Source: Acidimicrobiales bacterium
GTDB lineage: Bacteria; Actinomycetota; Acidimicrobiia; Acidimicrobiales; UBA8190
Direction of reading: 5' to 3'
NCBI GenBank assembly: GCA_050011255.1
Contig: JBEKJK010000012.1
Location: 4,007 to 68,006, forward strand
Length of the DNA: 64,000 nucleotides
Position numbers and translations under genes: made by a program. Positions within the stretch are counted from its first letter, which is position 1. Each line of letters opens with the position of its first letter. This document shows positions 17,721 to 27,464 of this stretch, piece after piece. The notes below the pieces were generated by a model, which searched no databases, was not told the origin of the DNA, and worked only from the letters and a program-made list of their open reading frames with translations.

Positions 17721-18902
17721 GTGGCCCAGATCAGCTACCGCGTAAGCGGTCTCGCAAAACCATCACGGCAGGGGTCCCAGACGCGGCGAGTCAGCAAATC
17801 ATTTCGCGACACCGATCAGGGGCGTAACGCTGCACGGGCCTTCGCGGCTGGCCTCGATGACGTGAAGACCGTCTACGACGTGCGAACGCGGATCGGTAAC
17901 CGGGTAGTCACGAGGACCTTCTCGCGCCGGCGCGACGCCGATGCGTACGCGGCAACGGTCGAGACCGACAGGCTACGCGGGGTCGCCGTTGACCCGAGGG
18001 CAGGGCGGATCACCTTCGGAGAATATGCCACTGCCTGGCTCGACCAGCGCCTGGACCTGAGCGCGACGACGCGAACCGATTACTCGTCGCTGCTCAATGC
18101 CCATCTGTTGCCGACCTTCGGCAACCTGGCGCTGGTTTCGATCGTTCCGTCCAAGGTACGCGCCTGGCACGCAGCGCTGGCCAAGGATCATCGCTCCCGG
18201 GCCGCAAAGGCCTATCGGCTCCTTCAGACCATTATGAACACCGCAGTCATTGACCAGCAGCTCGTTAAGAACCCCTGCCAGGTCAAGGGCGCAGGTGTCG
18301 AGCACACGCCCGAGCGCCCCGTTCCCACGGTCGCCGAGGTGGATGCGCTCGCGCGAGCAATCCCGAAGCGCATATCGCTGTTGGTCCATCTCGCCGCCTG
18401 GTGTGGGCTGCGCCGTGGAGAGCTGCTCGGTCTTCGCCGTGAGGACATCGACACCCTGCACGGAACATTGAGGGTCACCAGGGCCAAGACCCCCGCTGGC
18501 ATCCGGACGGTGGCTATCCCACCCCACGTGATCCCCTTGGTGGAAGAGCACTTGCACCTCCACGTGGCTGCCGATGCAAAGGCACTCGTCTTCACCAACA
18601 CCAGGGGAGGGCGCCTTTGGACCAAGTATCTACAAGGCCACTGGAACAGCGCGCGCAAGGCCGTGGGGGTCGACTACCACTTCCACGATCTCCGCCACCT
18701 CGGTGCGACCCTCGCCGCCGCAACCGGGGCGAGCACCAAGGAGCTGATGCACCGCCTGGGCCATGCCAGCCCCCGAGCGGCGCTCATCTACCAGCACGCC
18801 ACCAAGGACCGCGACAGGGCGATCGCCGCAGCGCTGTCGGAGATGGCAAGCCCTGCGTCAGTCTCCGAAATTCGCCCGGATCTGAATTCGTCCGCGCGAT
18901 GA
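17721..18902 (+). CDS. int: Tyrosine-type site-specific integrase
   Basis: GTG start preceded by GGGGAGGAGGA. C-terminal catalytic region HFHDLRHLGATLAAATGASTKELMHRLGHASPRAALIYQH. Confidence 0.9.
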   Translation: MAQISYRVSGLAKPSRQGSQTRRVSKSFRDTDQGRNAARAFAAGLDDVKTVYDVRTRIGNRVVTRTFSRRRDADAYAATVETDRLRGVAVDPRAGRITFGEYATAWLDQRLDLSATTRTDYSSLLNAHLLPTFGNLALVSIVPSKVRAWHAALAKDHRSRAAKAYRLLQTIMNTAVIDQQLVKNPCQVKGAGVEHTPERPVPTVAEVDALARAIPKRISLLVHLAAWCGLRRGELLGLRREDIDTLHGTLRVTRAKTPAGIRTVAIPPHVIPLVEEHLHLHVAADAKALVFTNTRGGRLWTKYLQGHWNSARKAVGVDYHFHDLRHLGATLAAATGASTKELMHRLGHASPRAALIYQHATKDRDRAIAAALSEMASPASVSEIRPDLNSSAR

Positions 18903-18968
18903 ACGCGCGATGAACAGGTCCGACCGGCGAAGAAGTCCAACTGATAGGCCATCTGACCAGGACTTTTG

Positions 18969-19044
18969 TGGAGCGGACGACGGGATTCGAACCCGCGACC
19001 CTCACCTTGGCAAGGTGATGCTCTACCAACTGAGCCACGTCCGC
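18969..19044 (-). tRNA. tRNA-Gly (anticodon GCC), CCA encoded
   Basis: Reverse complement: GCGGACG TG GCTC AGTTGGTA GAGC A TCACC TTGCCAA GGTGA GGGTC GCGGG TTCGAAT CCCGT CGTCCGC T CCA. Folds as a cloverleaf, 76 nt. Confidence 0.9.
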
Positions 19045-19086
19045 TAGCAGCTAGCAAAATATCTTACCTCCGTGCCTGCCTGGTGC

Positions 19087-20559
19087 TCAGGGCCCGTGCT
19101 CCTCGTTCCGGCGGCCGGCCTTGACCAGCTCGCTCATGCTTTCCGACATCAGCAGAGCCAAGTGCTCCACCTCGGGCACGAGCTCGCGGCAGCCGACCAA
19201 GCCCATGTACAGCGTTCCCGTGTAGCTGATCACGGTGACGTTCAGGCCTACGCCCTCCACGATGGGTCCTGCCGGGTACACCGCCACGAGCTTGGCCCCG
19301 GCGCACCACAAGGGAGCAACGGGCCCGGCGACGTTCGAGACGAGCACGTTGAAGAGAGGCGGCACGTGGTCGAAGATTTGCAGGCTTCCTACGAGTCGGG
19401 CCGCTCGCGAAGACAGCGCCGGTAACACGAGCTGCGCCCACCCTTCGATGAACTCCTCGGAGAACACCCGCGACTGCTCCTTGGCCAGACGACTGCCGTT
19501 CGCGATGACCCCCAGGCGTTCGACGGGATCCGCTATCGACGTACCGAGCGACACCAGCATCGAAGTGACCTTGTTGCCGAGCGCCGGCACGCCGCTGTCG
19601 CTTTGAGACGTGGCCATCGGGTTCGCGACACGTGTCGAGACCGGGACCATGGCGACGAGGGACCCTTCGAGCTGCTCGCCCCGCTCGGCCAATAGTCGCC
19701 GCAAAGCGCCGGCAACCGTCGTCAGTACCACGTCGTTCACGGTGCCGCCGAAGGCCCGCTTCACCTCACGCAGGTCCTCCAATGGGAGCTGCAGGAATGC
19801 GAAGCGGCGCTGAGAAGAGATGGCACCGTTGAGCGAGGTACGCGGTGCTCGGAAGGGGGCCGGAGGGGGATCGGTCTCTTCCTGTCTGCTCAAGCGGCGG
19901 TTGCGCTCGGACAGCTGCCTCATCGCTCCGAGCGTGGTGCGAAGAGCACCGAGCGCTCTCTCCGGTTGGCGAACGAGCGTGGGAACCGCCCACGCCAGTA
20001 GCTCTACGTCACTGGGAACTCGCACTCTGTGCACGGGACGATCCGGTGCCGGTACGGTGCCCGCCATGGGCCCAGGGTCCAAGAACGTGGCCATGACCTC
20101 GATGCCGGACACCCCGTCGATCATGGCGTGGTGCAGTTTCGCGAGAACAGCCAGGTGGCCGACCCCGAGGCCCTCTATCACGTGCATCTCCCACAGTGGC
20201 CGGTTCGGATCGAGAGGCCTGCCCACGACGTCGGCAACGAAGGCGGCGAGCTCCTTCGGGCCGCCCGGAGCGGGAAGGCTGGCTCTTCGCAGATGGAAGT
20301 CGAGGTCAAAAGCAGGATCCTCCACCCACACGGGGTGGTTCAGACCGAACGGCACGCGCGCGACACGCCGGTGGAGCTGCGGCACCAAGTGCAGGCGCTC
20401 CGAGACGACCTGGCGTATCCGGTCGAAGTGCGCGGAAGGCACCTGTGAGCCGGCCGCACTCTCCGGCAGCTCGAAGATCATGACCACCGACACGTGCATG
20501 TGCGTGGACGGCGTCTCGAGGGCGAGAAACGCCGCATCCATACCGCTCATACGTTCCAT
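19087..20559 (-). CDS. Wax ester synthase / diacylglycerol acyltransferase (WS/DGAT)
   Basis: Active-site motif LAKLHHAMIDGVSG (HHxxxDG). 490 aa, typical for the family. Confidence 0.85.
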   Translation of the reverse strand: MERMSGMDAAFLALETPSTHMHVSVVMIFELPESAAGSQVPSAHFDRIRQVVSERLHLVPQLHRRVARVPFGLNHPVWVEDPAFDLDFHLRRASLPAPGGPKELAAFVADVVGRPLDPNRPLWEMHVIEGLGVGHLAVLAKLHHAMIDGVSGIEVMATFLDPGPMAGTVPAPDRPVHRVRVPSDVELLAWAVPTLVRQPERALGALRTTLGAMRQLSERNRRLSRQEETDPPPAPFRAPRTSLNGAISSQRRFAFLQLPLEDLREVKRAFGGTVNDVVLTTVAGALRRLLAERGEQLEGSLVAMVPVSTRVANPMATSQSDSGVPALGNKVTSMLVSLGTSIADPVERLGVIANGSRLAKEQSRVFSEEFIEGWAQLVLPALSSRAARLVGSLQIFDHVPPLFNVLVSNVAGPVAPLWCAGAKLVAVYPAGPIVEGVGLNVTVISYTGTLYMGLVGCRELVPEVEHLALLMSESMSELVKAGRRNEEHGP

Positions 20560-20581
20560 GAGAAATCCTGACTGGGTGCTC

Positions 20582-21025
20582 TCACTGGCCCGTGTGGCCG
20601 AATCCCCCCAGGCCGCGAGCGCTGTCGGGCAGGTCGCCCGCGGCCGTCTCGACGAACTTGGCCTCCTCGACTGGTTGGATCACGAGCTGGGCGATCCGGT
20701 CGCCGCGCCTCACCTCGTACGTATCGGCAGGATCGGTATTGACCAGGAGCACGCGCAACTCGTCCCGATAGCCGGAATCGATCAGTCCCGGGGTGTTCAG
20801 GCACGTCACCCCGTGATGCAGGGCGAGCCCACTTCGGGGGAGCACGAACCCGGCATGACCCGGCGGGATGGCCAGCGCGATTCCGGTCGGCACTAGAGCC
20901 CGGCCGCCGCGGGGTGCCAGGGTGGCGTCCTGGCGAGCATAGAGGTCGGCCCCGGCGTCTCCATCGTGGGCGTAGGACGGAACGGGCAAGTCGGGATCGA
21001 TACGGACGAGTGGGACCTCGAGCAC
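20582..21025 (-). CDS. dut: dUTP diphosphatase
   Basis: DAGADLYA...LPRSGLALHHGV...PGLIDSGYRDEL...GDRIAQLVI...RGLGGFGHTG. Confidence 0.92.
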   Translation of the reverse strand: MLEVPLVRIDPDLPVPSYAHDGDAGADLYARQDATLAPRGGRALVPTGIALAIPPGHAGFVLPRSGLALHHGVTCLNTPGLIDSGYRDELRVLLVNTDPADTYEVRRGDRIAQLVIQPVEEAKFVETAAGDLPDSARGLGGFGHTGQ

Positions 21026-21104
21026 CGCACGACGATATCCGCCACGGTGAGCAGCCCGTCACGAGCCACCCGGGCTCGCACGCGCTCCGCCTATAACATC
21101 ACCC

Positions 21105-21689
21105 GTGATGCTCGTTTGGATGGACCTCGAGATGACCGGGCTCGACCCGAGCCGCCACACGATCGTCGAGATCGCGACCCTCACCACCGACGACTGCCTG
21201 AACATCCTCGCCGAGGGACCCGACCTGGTGGTCAGCGCGGACGCAGACCAGCTCGGCGCGATGGAGCCGGTCGTAAAGGAGATGCACAGCCGATCCGGTC
21301 TTCTCGCAGCCATAGCCGCCTCCACGCTGACGCTGGAGGAGGCCGGAAGGCAGACGCTCGAGTTCATCAAGGCTCAAGTACCGCAGCCGCGAAGCGTTCC
21401 CCTCTGCGGCAACTCGATCGGGACCGACCGCCGGTTCCTCGCAACTCAGCTTCCCGAGATCGAGAATTGGCTGCATTACAGGTCGGTCGACGTCTCGACG
21501 GTGAAGGAGCTGTGCCGCAGGTGGTACCCCGGCATCCTGCGCGGCGCTCCGACCAAGAAGACCTCGCACCGGGCGCTCGACGACATCCGTGAGTCGGTCG
21601 CCGAGCTCGCGTACTACCGCAGGACGATCTTCGCGACGGCACCCGAGAACCCGGACGCCTCCGCACCCTCACCGCCCGGCGCCGAGTGA
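21105..21689 (+). CDS. orn: Oligoribonuclease
   Basis: LVWMDLEMTGLDP...CGNSIGTDRRFL...HYRSVDVSTVKEL...HRALDDIRESVAEL (DEDDh exonuclease motifs). Confidence 0.92.
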   Translation: MMLVWMDLEMTGLDPSRHTIVEIATLTTDDCLNILAEGPDLVVSADADQLGAMEPVVKEMHSRSGLLAAIAASTLTLEEAGRQTLEFIKAQVPQPRSVPLCGNSIGTDRRFLATQLPEIENWLHYRSVDVSTVKELCRRWYPGILRGAPTKKTSHRALDDIRESVAELAYYRRTIFATAPENPDASAPSPPGAE

Positions 21690-21717
21690 GCCATCGAGCG
21701 ACGCCGGGTCGACTGGG

Positions 21718-22413
21718 TCAGAGCAAGCGGCGTTCGGAGGCCCAACGAGTGAGCTGGTGGCGACTGGAGAGCTGGAGCTTGCGCAAAACGGCCGACACGT
21801 GGCTCTCGACGGTCTTGACCGAGATCGACAGCTCGCGCGCCACCTCTTTGTACGCGTAGCCACGAGCGATCAGGCGGAGCACCTCGCGCTCGCGTGAGGT
21901 GAGCTGGTCCAACTCCGGGTCGAAGCTCGGGGTCAGCCCCCCGGCGAGCACGGGGTCCGAGGCGAACGCGTCGAGCACGAACCCCGCCAGGCGAGGCGAG
22001 AACACCGCATCGCCTTCGGCGACGCGCACCACCGCCTCGGTCAGCTCGGGACCGGAGATCGTCTTCGTGACGTAACCTCGTGCCCCCGCCCTTATCACGC
22101 CGATCACGTCTTCGGCGGCGTCGGACACCGAGAGCGCCAGGAAGCGCACACCCGGGTGGGTACGGCCGACCGCCTCGATCACAGCTTGGCCTCCGCCGTT
22201 CGGCATGTGCACGTCTACGAGCACCACGTCGGGCTCGCGCTCGCGTATCAGTTCGATCGCCGCTTCCACCTCGTCCGCGTCGCCGATCACCTCCACCTCA
22301 CGTCCGAGCTCGGCCTTCACCCCTGAACGAAAGAGACGGTGGTCGTCCACCAGGAACACGCGCACTCGACGGGAGGAGCTCTCGCTCGAGTCTCCGCTTC
22401 GCCGTGTGTTCAC
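21718..22413 (-). CDS. Two-component response regulator, NarL/LuxR family
   Basis: Receiver domain VRVFLVDDH...DVVLVDVHMP and C-terminal LTSREREVLRLIARGYAYKEVARELSISVKTVESH. Confidence 0.9.
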   Translation of the reverse strand: MNTRRSGDSSESSSRRVRVFLVDDHRLFRSGVKAELGREVEVIGDADEVEAAIELIREREPDVVLVDVHMPNGGGQAVIEAVGRTHPGVRFLALSVSDAAEDVIGVIRAGARGYVTKTISGPELTEAVVRVAEGDAVFSPRLAGFVLDAFASDPVLAGGLTPSFDPELDQLTSREREVLRLIARGYAYKEVARELSISVKTVESHVSAVLRKLQLSSRHQLTRWASERRLL

Positions 22414-23801
22414 GTTCGCCCCTCGGCTCTCGGCATCACAAGCTCCACCTCTGTCCCCTCACCGAGCTGACTGCGAATCGAAACGCTCCCTCCGTAGCGG
22501 GCCATGCGGGCGCGGATCGAATCCGTGATGCCTCGATGACCGTCTGCCACCGAGTCGGGGTCGAACCCCTTGCCCTTATCGCGTACGAACAGCGAGACCT
22601 GTCCCGGCTCGACTTCTACGAAGATCGACACGGTGAGCGCCCCCGACCACCTCGCCGCGTTCACCGCCGCCTCACGACCTGCTCCGAGCAGTGCACGTTG
22701 CTCGTCGGCCAAGGAGCAGTCACCGACGACCACGGCCTCGACGGAGACGCGATGGTTCTCCTCGACCTCGCGTTCAATGACGCCGACCGCCTCGGCAACG
22801 GTCGAAACCTGAGAGCTGTCGAAGGTTCCTGGGGGCCTTCCCTCGAACAGCCACGTGCGTAGGTCACGCTCCTGAGCACGTGCCAGACGTGTGACCTCGC
22901 GAGAGTCGGCGGCTTCCCGCTGGATCAGGGCGAGGGTCTGGAGAACCGAGTCATGGATCGTCGCAGCCATGTCGGCCCGTTCTTGTGATCGGACGCGTTC
23001 GCGCCGCTCGACGGCCAACTCGTGAGCCAGTCTCAACCACCAAGGACCGAACACGACCAGGAGTCCGCCGATGATCACCGCCACAGCGCCGTCAAGGGTG
23101 GCGACCGTGGCGAAGGTCGGACGGCGGACGATCACGACGCCTATGACGCCTGCGAGCACGAGGACGACGCCGAGGACCAACCTCACGGTGGTCGCACGAC
23201 GGCTCCTCCGTGTCGTCGGCTCCGTCGACACGACCTGATGAAGGAGCTCGTTCAGGAACGCTTTCTCCTCGCCCTCCGCTCCCCGCCAGACCAGGATCAG
23301 CCCCGCGACGCTGATCGGCACAGGCCAGATCAATCCGGCGGCGGGGCTCACTCCAACAGCGGCCAGCGCGATTAGCACCCCTCCGGACGCGATCGCCATC
23401 GAGAGGGCGAGCTGAAGAGCCCCGTGGTTCACGACCGCTCTCCGGCCGACCGAGACCGAGTCGCCGGACATCGGGATCGCCAACCACAGCACGACGTAGA
23501 TGGCGAACCCGGTGCCGTCCCCGAGTATCAGCAGAAGGAACAACCCTCTGATGAGGTTGGCGTTCACGCCCAATCGTGCGGACAGGCCGCCCGCCACCCC
23601 CCCTGCCATTCGGTCCGAGACGCTGCGTCGTAGTGGTCCCGGCGATCGAGGAACGCGCCACCAGGTGCGGCGATGGCGATCTCCGCCCAACGGGACCTCG
23701 CCCTGGGGCGACAGCACCGAAGGATCCTTCGCCTCCGGCAGAGGCTGAAAACCCCAGGGAACGTGATCAGGAGTTCCGGCGATTTCCTCGATGTGTCCCA
23801 T
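22410..23801 (-). CDS. Sensor histidine kinase with N-terminal PspC domain
   Basis: PspC segment RSVSDRMAGGVAGGLSARLGVNANLIRGLFLLLIL. HisKA_3-type H-box MAATIHDSVLQTL. ATPase region FVRDKGKGFDP...GHRGITDSIRARMARYGGS. 4-nt overlap with the regulator gene. Confidence 0.85.
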   Translation of the reverse strand: MGHIEEIAGTPDHVPWGFQPLPEAKDPSVLSPQGEVPLGGDRHRRTWWRVPRSPGPLRRSVSDRMAGGVAGGLSARLGVNANLIRGLFLLLILGDGTGFAIYVVLWLAIPMSGDSVSVGRRAVVNHGALQLALSMAIASGGVLIALAAVGVSPAAGLIWPVPISVAGLILVWRGAEGEEKAFLNELLHQVVSTEPTTRRSRRATTVRLVLGVVLVLAGVIGVVIVRRPTFATVATLDGAVAVIIGGLLVVFGPWWLRLAHELAVERRERVRSQERADMAATIHDSVLQTLALIQREAADSREVTRLARAQERDLRTWLFEGRPPGTFDSSQVSTVAEAVGVIEREVEENHRVSVEAVVVGDCSLADEQRALLGAGREAAVNAARWSGALTVSIFVEVEPGQVSLFVRDKGKGFDPDSVADGHRGITDSIRARMARYGGSVSIRSQLGEGTEVELVMPRAEGRT

Positions 23802-23886
23802 GCTCGCATGCGCCGATGCACGCGACTACGGGGAACGTCCCTCAGACCCGCACACCGACCTGGGGGATCTTTCCGGGTGATCCCCG

Positions 23887-25005
23887 ATGCCCCGAACGTC
23901 CGGAGTACCAGATCATTGGATCATGGACACGATCACCGAGAGGTCGAGCAACGACACACCTGGCTTGGGGCTCGCAGGCGACAAGGCACCTGCGCCCGAT
24001 CCACCAGGCGGCGGCCTGCCACCACCTCCTCCCCCGGGTGCTGAGCCACCTGCGCCGCCACCTTCGCCGCCACCCTCGCCGCCACCTTCGCCGCCACCGG
24101 GGACAGGAGAGCCGCGTCTTCTCAGACGTGACCCCCACGGTCGCATCCTGGGCGGGGTCGCCGCCGGCATAGCCCATTACATCGGCGTCGACGTGGCGGT
24201 GGTGCGCATCGCCTTCGTGGCTCTCGTCCTTCTCGGCGGCTTCGGTCTGCTTCTGTACCTGGCGGGGTGGCTGCTCATCCCCGAAGCCGAGTCACAGAGG
24301 ACCATCGCTCACGACTTCCTCGACCGTCGACCTCGACGACGCAACCTGGCTGTGGTGGTGGCCGGGGTGGTCCTGGCGATCGTCGCCCTGTCCGACCTCT
24401 TCTCGAGCGGCCCCTGGTGGCCGCACTGGAACTACGGCTTCGGCTTCTTCCTCTCCCTGCTCGCGCTGGCGATGGCGGCAGTACTGCTGGCGGGCAGCGG
24501 GGCCAACCGCAGCGCCGCCTCGCGCCTCGGATGGATCGTGGTCACGCTTCTCGTGACGCTCGCCGCGATCGCGGCCGTCGTCGCTGCCACGCTCTTCTCG
24601 GTGGAGTCGCTGAGCGGTGTGCCGTTGAGCGGCGGGATCGGCGACTCGCAATGGCGTCCGACCATCGCCGCGCAGGTTCATTCCCGCTACCGGCTCGCCG
24701 CGGGCAACCTGATCGTCGACCTGCGGGGTGTGGATTTCGCGCCCGGAACCAGGCACATCACGGCAAGCGTCGGGATCGGGCACCTTCTCGTGGAGCTGCC
24801 CGATGGGCCCACAGTCAGCGTCACCGCCCACAGCGGGCTCGGCGACGTGCAGGTGTTCGGGCAAAGCCTCGGGAGCGGCTTCGGCAGTGTCCGCACCACT
24901 CGAACGGCGGCCGCGACATCGGGCTATCCCGCAGAGAGCTCCCATCTCGTTCTCGACGCCGAGACGGGGGTCGGACAGGTCCAGGTCGTGCGCGCCGCTT
25001 CGTGA
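23887..25005 (+). CDS. PspC domain membrane protein with Pro-rich N-terminus and LiaF-like C-terminal region
   Basis: RLLRRDPHGRILGGVAAGIAHYIGVDVAVVRIAFVALVLLGGFGLLLYLAGWLLIPE. Divergent from the kinase gene. An alternative start is at 23923 (MDTIT). Confidence 0.8.
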   Translation: MPRTSGVPDHWIMDTITERSSNDTPGLGLAGDKAPAPDPPGGGLPPPPPPGAEPPAPPPSPPPSPPPSPPPGTGEPRLLRRDPHGRILGGVAAGIAHYIGVDVAVVRIAFVALVLLGGFGLLLYLAGWLLIPEAESQRTIAHDFLDRRPRRRNLAVVVAGVVLAIVALSDLFSSGPWWPHWNYGFGFFLSLLALAMAAVLLAGSGANRSAASRLGWIVVTLLVTLAAIAAVVAATLFSVESLSGVPLSGGIGDSQWRPTIAAQVHSRYRLAAGNLIVDLRGVDFAPGTRHITASVGIGHLLVELPDGPTVSVTAHSGLGDVQVFGQSLGSGFGSVRTTRTAAATSGYPAESSHLVLDAETGVGQVQVVRAAS

Positions 25006-25042
25006 CCTCGGCGCGCTCCTCGGCGACCCTTGGCGCCCGGCG

Positions 25043-25678
25043 TTACTTGTTCGGCTGAGGGGTGATCCGCAGGTAGGGCTTGAGCGTCTTGAAGCCCTTG
25101 GGGAACCTCTTCTCCGCCTCCTCCTCCGAAAGCGCCGGGGCCACGATGACGTCGTCGCCGTCCTCCCAGTTGACGGGCGTGGACACCGAATAGCCGGCGG
25201 TCAGCTGCAACGAGTCGAGGACGCGCAGGACCTCGTCGACATTTCGCCCCGTGGAGGCCGGGTACGTGATGGTCAGCTTCACCTTCTTGTCGGGGCCGAT
25301 AACGAAGACCGAGCGAACGGTGAGGGTGTCGTTCGCGTTCGGGTGGATCATGTCGTAGAGGTCGGCCACCTTGCGGTCCGGGTCTCCGATCACCGGGAAG
25401 TTGACCGACTGGCCCTGGGTCTCGGCGATGTCCTTGTCCCACGTGTTGTGAGACTCGACCGAGTCCACGGAAAGACCGATCAGCTTCGTGTTCCGCTTGT
25501 CGAACTCACCCTTGACCTTGGAGAAGGCCGCAAGCTCCGTAGTGCAGACCGGGGTGAAGTCCTTTGGGTGCGAGAACAGGATCCCCCACGAGTCTCCGAG
25601 CCACTCGTGGAAGTTGACCGGTCCTTCGGTCGTCTCGGCGGTGAAGTCGGGGGCGGTGTCGCCCAGGCGTACGGCCAT
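25043..25678 (-). CDS. 1-Cys peroxiredoxin (Prx6-type)
   Basis: GDTAPDFTAETTEGPVNFHEWLGDSWGILFSHPKDFTPVCTTEL. Confidence 0.9.
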   Translation of the reverse strand: MAVRLGDTAPDFTAETTEGPVNFHEWLGDSWGILFSHPKDFTPVCTTELAAFSKVKGEFDKRNTKLIGLSVDSVESHNTWDKDIAETQGQSVNFPVIGDPDRKVADLYDMIHPNANDTLTVRSVFVIGPDKKVKLTITYPASTGRNVDEVLRVLDSLQLTAGYSVSTPVNWEDGDDVIVAPALSEEEAEKRFPKGFKTLKPYLRITPQPNK

Positions 25679-25863
25679 GTCTTCCTCCTGGATTCCCCGT
25701 CGGCGCCATGAGCGACGGAAATAGTCCTATTGCCTTGCTGACAACGAGTGTAACGGCCCCGTCGCGATTGTCGACGCGTTGGGTCACATTTTCCGGACGC
25801 CCCACGCCTTCTGCCCTGAATCCCTTCTCCGAGGGCGGCCCCTTCTGGGAAGATGGCCGCCGC

Positions 25864-26652
25864 ATGCCCGAGAACGTCCAGATCACACGAGACGGGAAGG
25901 TCACCGTCGTCAGCATCTGCCGCCCCGAGAGGCGCAATGCCGTCGACCCTGCCACCGCCCGCGAACTGCTCCAGGCCTTCTTGTCGTTCGAGGCCGACGC
26001 ACGAGCCTCCGTCGCGGTCCTCACCGGCAAGGGAGGCACCTTCTGCGCCGGAGCCGACCTGAACGCGCTGGCAGCGGGACGCCATGAGCCGGTGCGCGAG
26101 GAGGGGCCGGGGCCGATGGGGCCGACCCGACTGGAATTGTCCAAGCCGGTGATAGCAGCGATCGAGGGTCACGCCGTGGCGGGAGGACTGGAGCTCGCCC
26201 TGTGGTGCGACCTGAGGGTGGCGGCCACAGACGCGGTGCTCGGCGTCTACTGCCGGCGCTTCGGGGTGCCCCTCGTGGACGGCGGGACCGTGCGCCTGCC
26301 GAGGTTGATAGGCCAGAGCCGAGCGCTCGACCTGATCCTGACCGGTCGGGGTGTGGGAGGACCTGAAGCGCTCGGCATGGGACTCGTGAACCGTCTGAGC
26401 CCACCCGGACAGGCCCTCGACGTCGCGCTCACGCTCGGTCACGAGCTCGCCGAGCTTCCCCAGACCTGCATGCGAAACGACCGACGCTCGCTCTACGCCC
26501 AGTGGGCTGAGAGCGAGCGCGAAGCCATGGTCGTCGAGGCTCGCCTCGGGCGCCACACGATCGACAGCGGGGAGTCAATCGAAGGGGCCAAGCGGTTCGC
26601 CTCGGGCGCAGGCCGCCACGGCGTGCCCGCTCCGCGGCGCGCGAACCAATGA
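25864..26652 (+). CDS. Enoyl-CoA hydratase/isomerase (crotonase) family protein
   Basis: ICRPERRNAVDPATARELLQAF...VLTGKGGTFCAGADLNAL...IAAIEGHAVAGGLELALWCDLRVA. The ATG at 25864 is preferred over the track start at 25708. Confidence 0.85.
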   Translation: MPENVQITRDGKVTVVSICRPERRNAVDPATARELLQAFLSFEADARASVAVLTGKGGTFCAGADLNALAAGRHEPVREEGPGPMGPTRLELSKPVIAAIEGHAVAGGLELALWCDLRVAATDAVLGVYCRRFGVPLVDGGTVRLPRLIGQSRALDLILTGRGVGGPEALGMGLVNRLSPPGQALDVALTLGHELAELPQTCMRNDRRSLYAQWAESEREAMVVEARLGRHTIDSGESIEGAKRFASGAGRHGVPAPRRANQ

Positions 26653-27464
26653 GCGGGCGGCCACAGGTCGCCGCCTTCGACTTCGACGGCACTCTGACCA
26701 ACGGCGGCAGCGTCTGGCATTTCCTAGTAGCCGTGGTCGGTCCCGTGCGGGTCGTGCTCGCTGCCGGTGGACTGGTCGTGAAGCTCGCGCGCGCCGGCAT
26801 CTTCGGAGGCCGTGCGGCAGACGAGGCGAAGGAGGCCTTGTTCCGGCGTACGCTCGCAGGACTCAGTCTCGAGGAGATCGCTCCCCGTGCAGATGCCTTC
26901 GGGCTCGCCCACTACAGGCGCCGCGCGCGAGCTGACGTGCGCGCCCGTCTCGAGTGGCACCGCAGCCGGGGGCATCGTCTCGTGGTCGTCTCTGCCTCCC
27001 CCGAGCTTTACGTGCGCGCCGTGGCGAGGGAGCTCGGAATCGAGGACGTGGTCGCGACCCGTCTGGAGGTCGGGCCCGATGGACTTCTCACCGGCCGTTA
27101 CGACGGACGAAATTGCCGCGGCACGCAGAAGCTCGCGCGCCTGGAGCAGTGGATGAGGTCCTCGATCCTCGCGCCAGAGGCATCTGCTGGTGCCGACGCG
27201 TCGCGCTCCGGAGCCAACGTCGACAGGCCCTTCTTGTGGGCGTACGGGAACAGCAACGGGGATGCACCGTTGCTCGCCGCTGCGGATGTCGGCGTCGACG
27301 CCGGACGTCTGGGAAGGTTGGGCAGGCTGCACCGGTTCACCCGGCTGGCCGACCTCGAAGGCCCAGACCCCCCGGTCGCTTCGGGCGAGTCCGGAACACC
27401 GTTATCGGCTCCCCGACACCGCCCACTGGCGGGAGGAGCTCACCACACCCGGGATGGGCGATGA
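26649..27464 (+). CDS. HAD-IB family hydrolase
   Basis: VAAFDFDGTLT (motif I), VVVSASP (motif II), YGNSNGDAPLL (motif IV). ATGA start/stop overlap with the crotonase gene. Confidence 0.8.
   Translation: MSGRPQVAAFDFDGTLTNGGSVWHFLVAVVGPVRVVLAAGGLVVKLARAGIFGGRAADEAKEALFRRTLAGLSLEEIAPRADAFGLAHYRRRARADVRARLEWHRSRGHRLVVVSASPELYVRAVARELGIEDVVATRLEVGPDGLLTGRYDGRNCRGTQKLARLEQWMRSSILAPEASAGADASRSGANVDRPFLWAYGNSNGDAPLLAAADVGVDAGRLGRLGRLHRFTRLADLEGPDPPVASGESGTPLSAPRHRPLAGGAHHTRDGR

Larger units (their letters stand above)
1..19044. mobile_element. Integrated conjugative/mobilizable element (right-hand portion), inserted at the 3' end of tRNA-Gly(GCC); left boundary lies outside the window
   Basis: Tyrosine integrase (17721-18902) and excisionase directly face the 3' end of the tRNA (18969). 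The same block holds a relaxase-helicase, SSB, ArdC and Nudix genes. By eye the 5.6-16.5 kb stretch has lower GC and more orphan genes than the flanking chromosome. Confidence 0.7.

Noticed and set aside
19820-20896. 358-aa plus-strand ORF.
   Set aside because: It is antisense to the WS/DGAT and dut genes and has no motifs.
24040-24100. 12-bp tandem repeat (ccaccttcgccg-like) in the PspC-domain gene.
   Set aside because: It simply encodes a (PPSP)n proline-rich linker in frame. This is ordinary low-complexity coding sequence.
25480-26556. 358-aa minus-strand ORF.
   Set aside because: It is antisense to the crotonase gene and overlaps the peroxiredoxin gene. The product is low-complexity.
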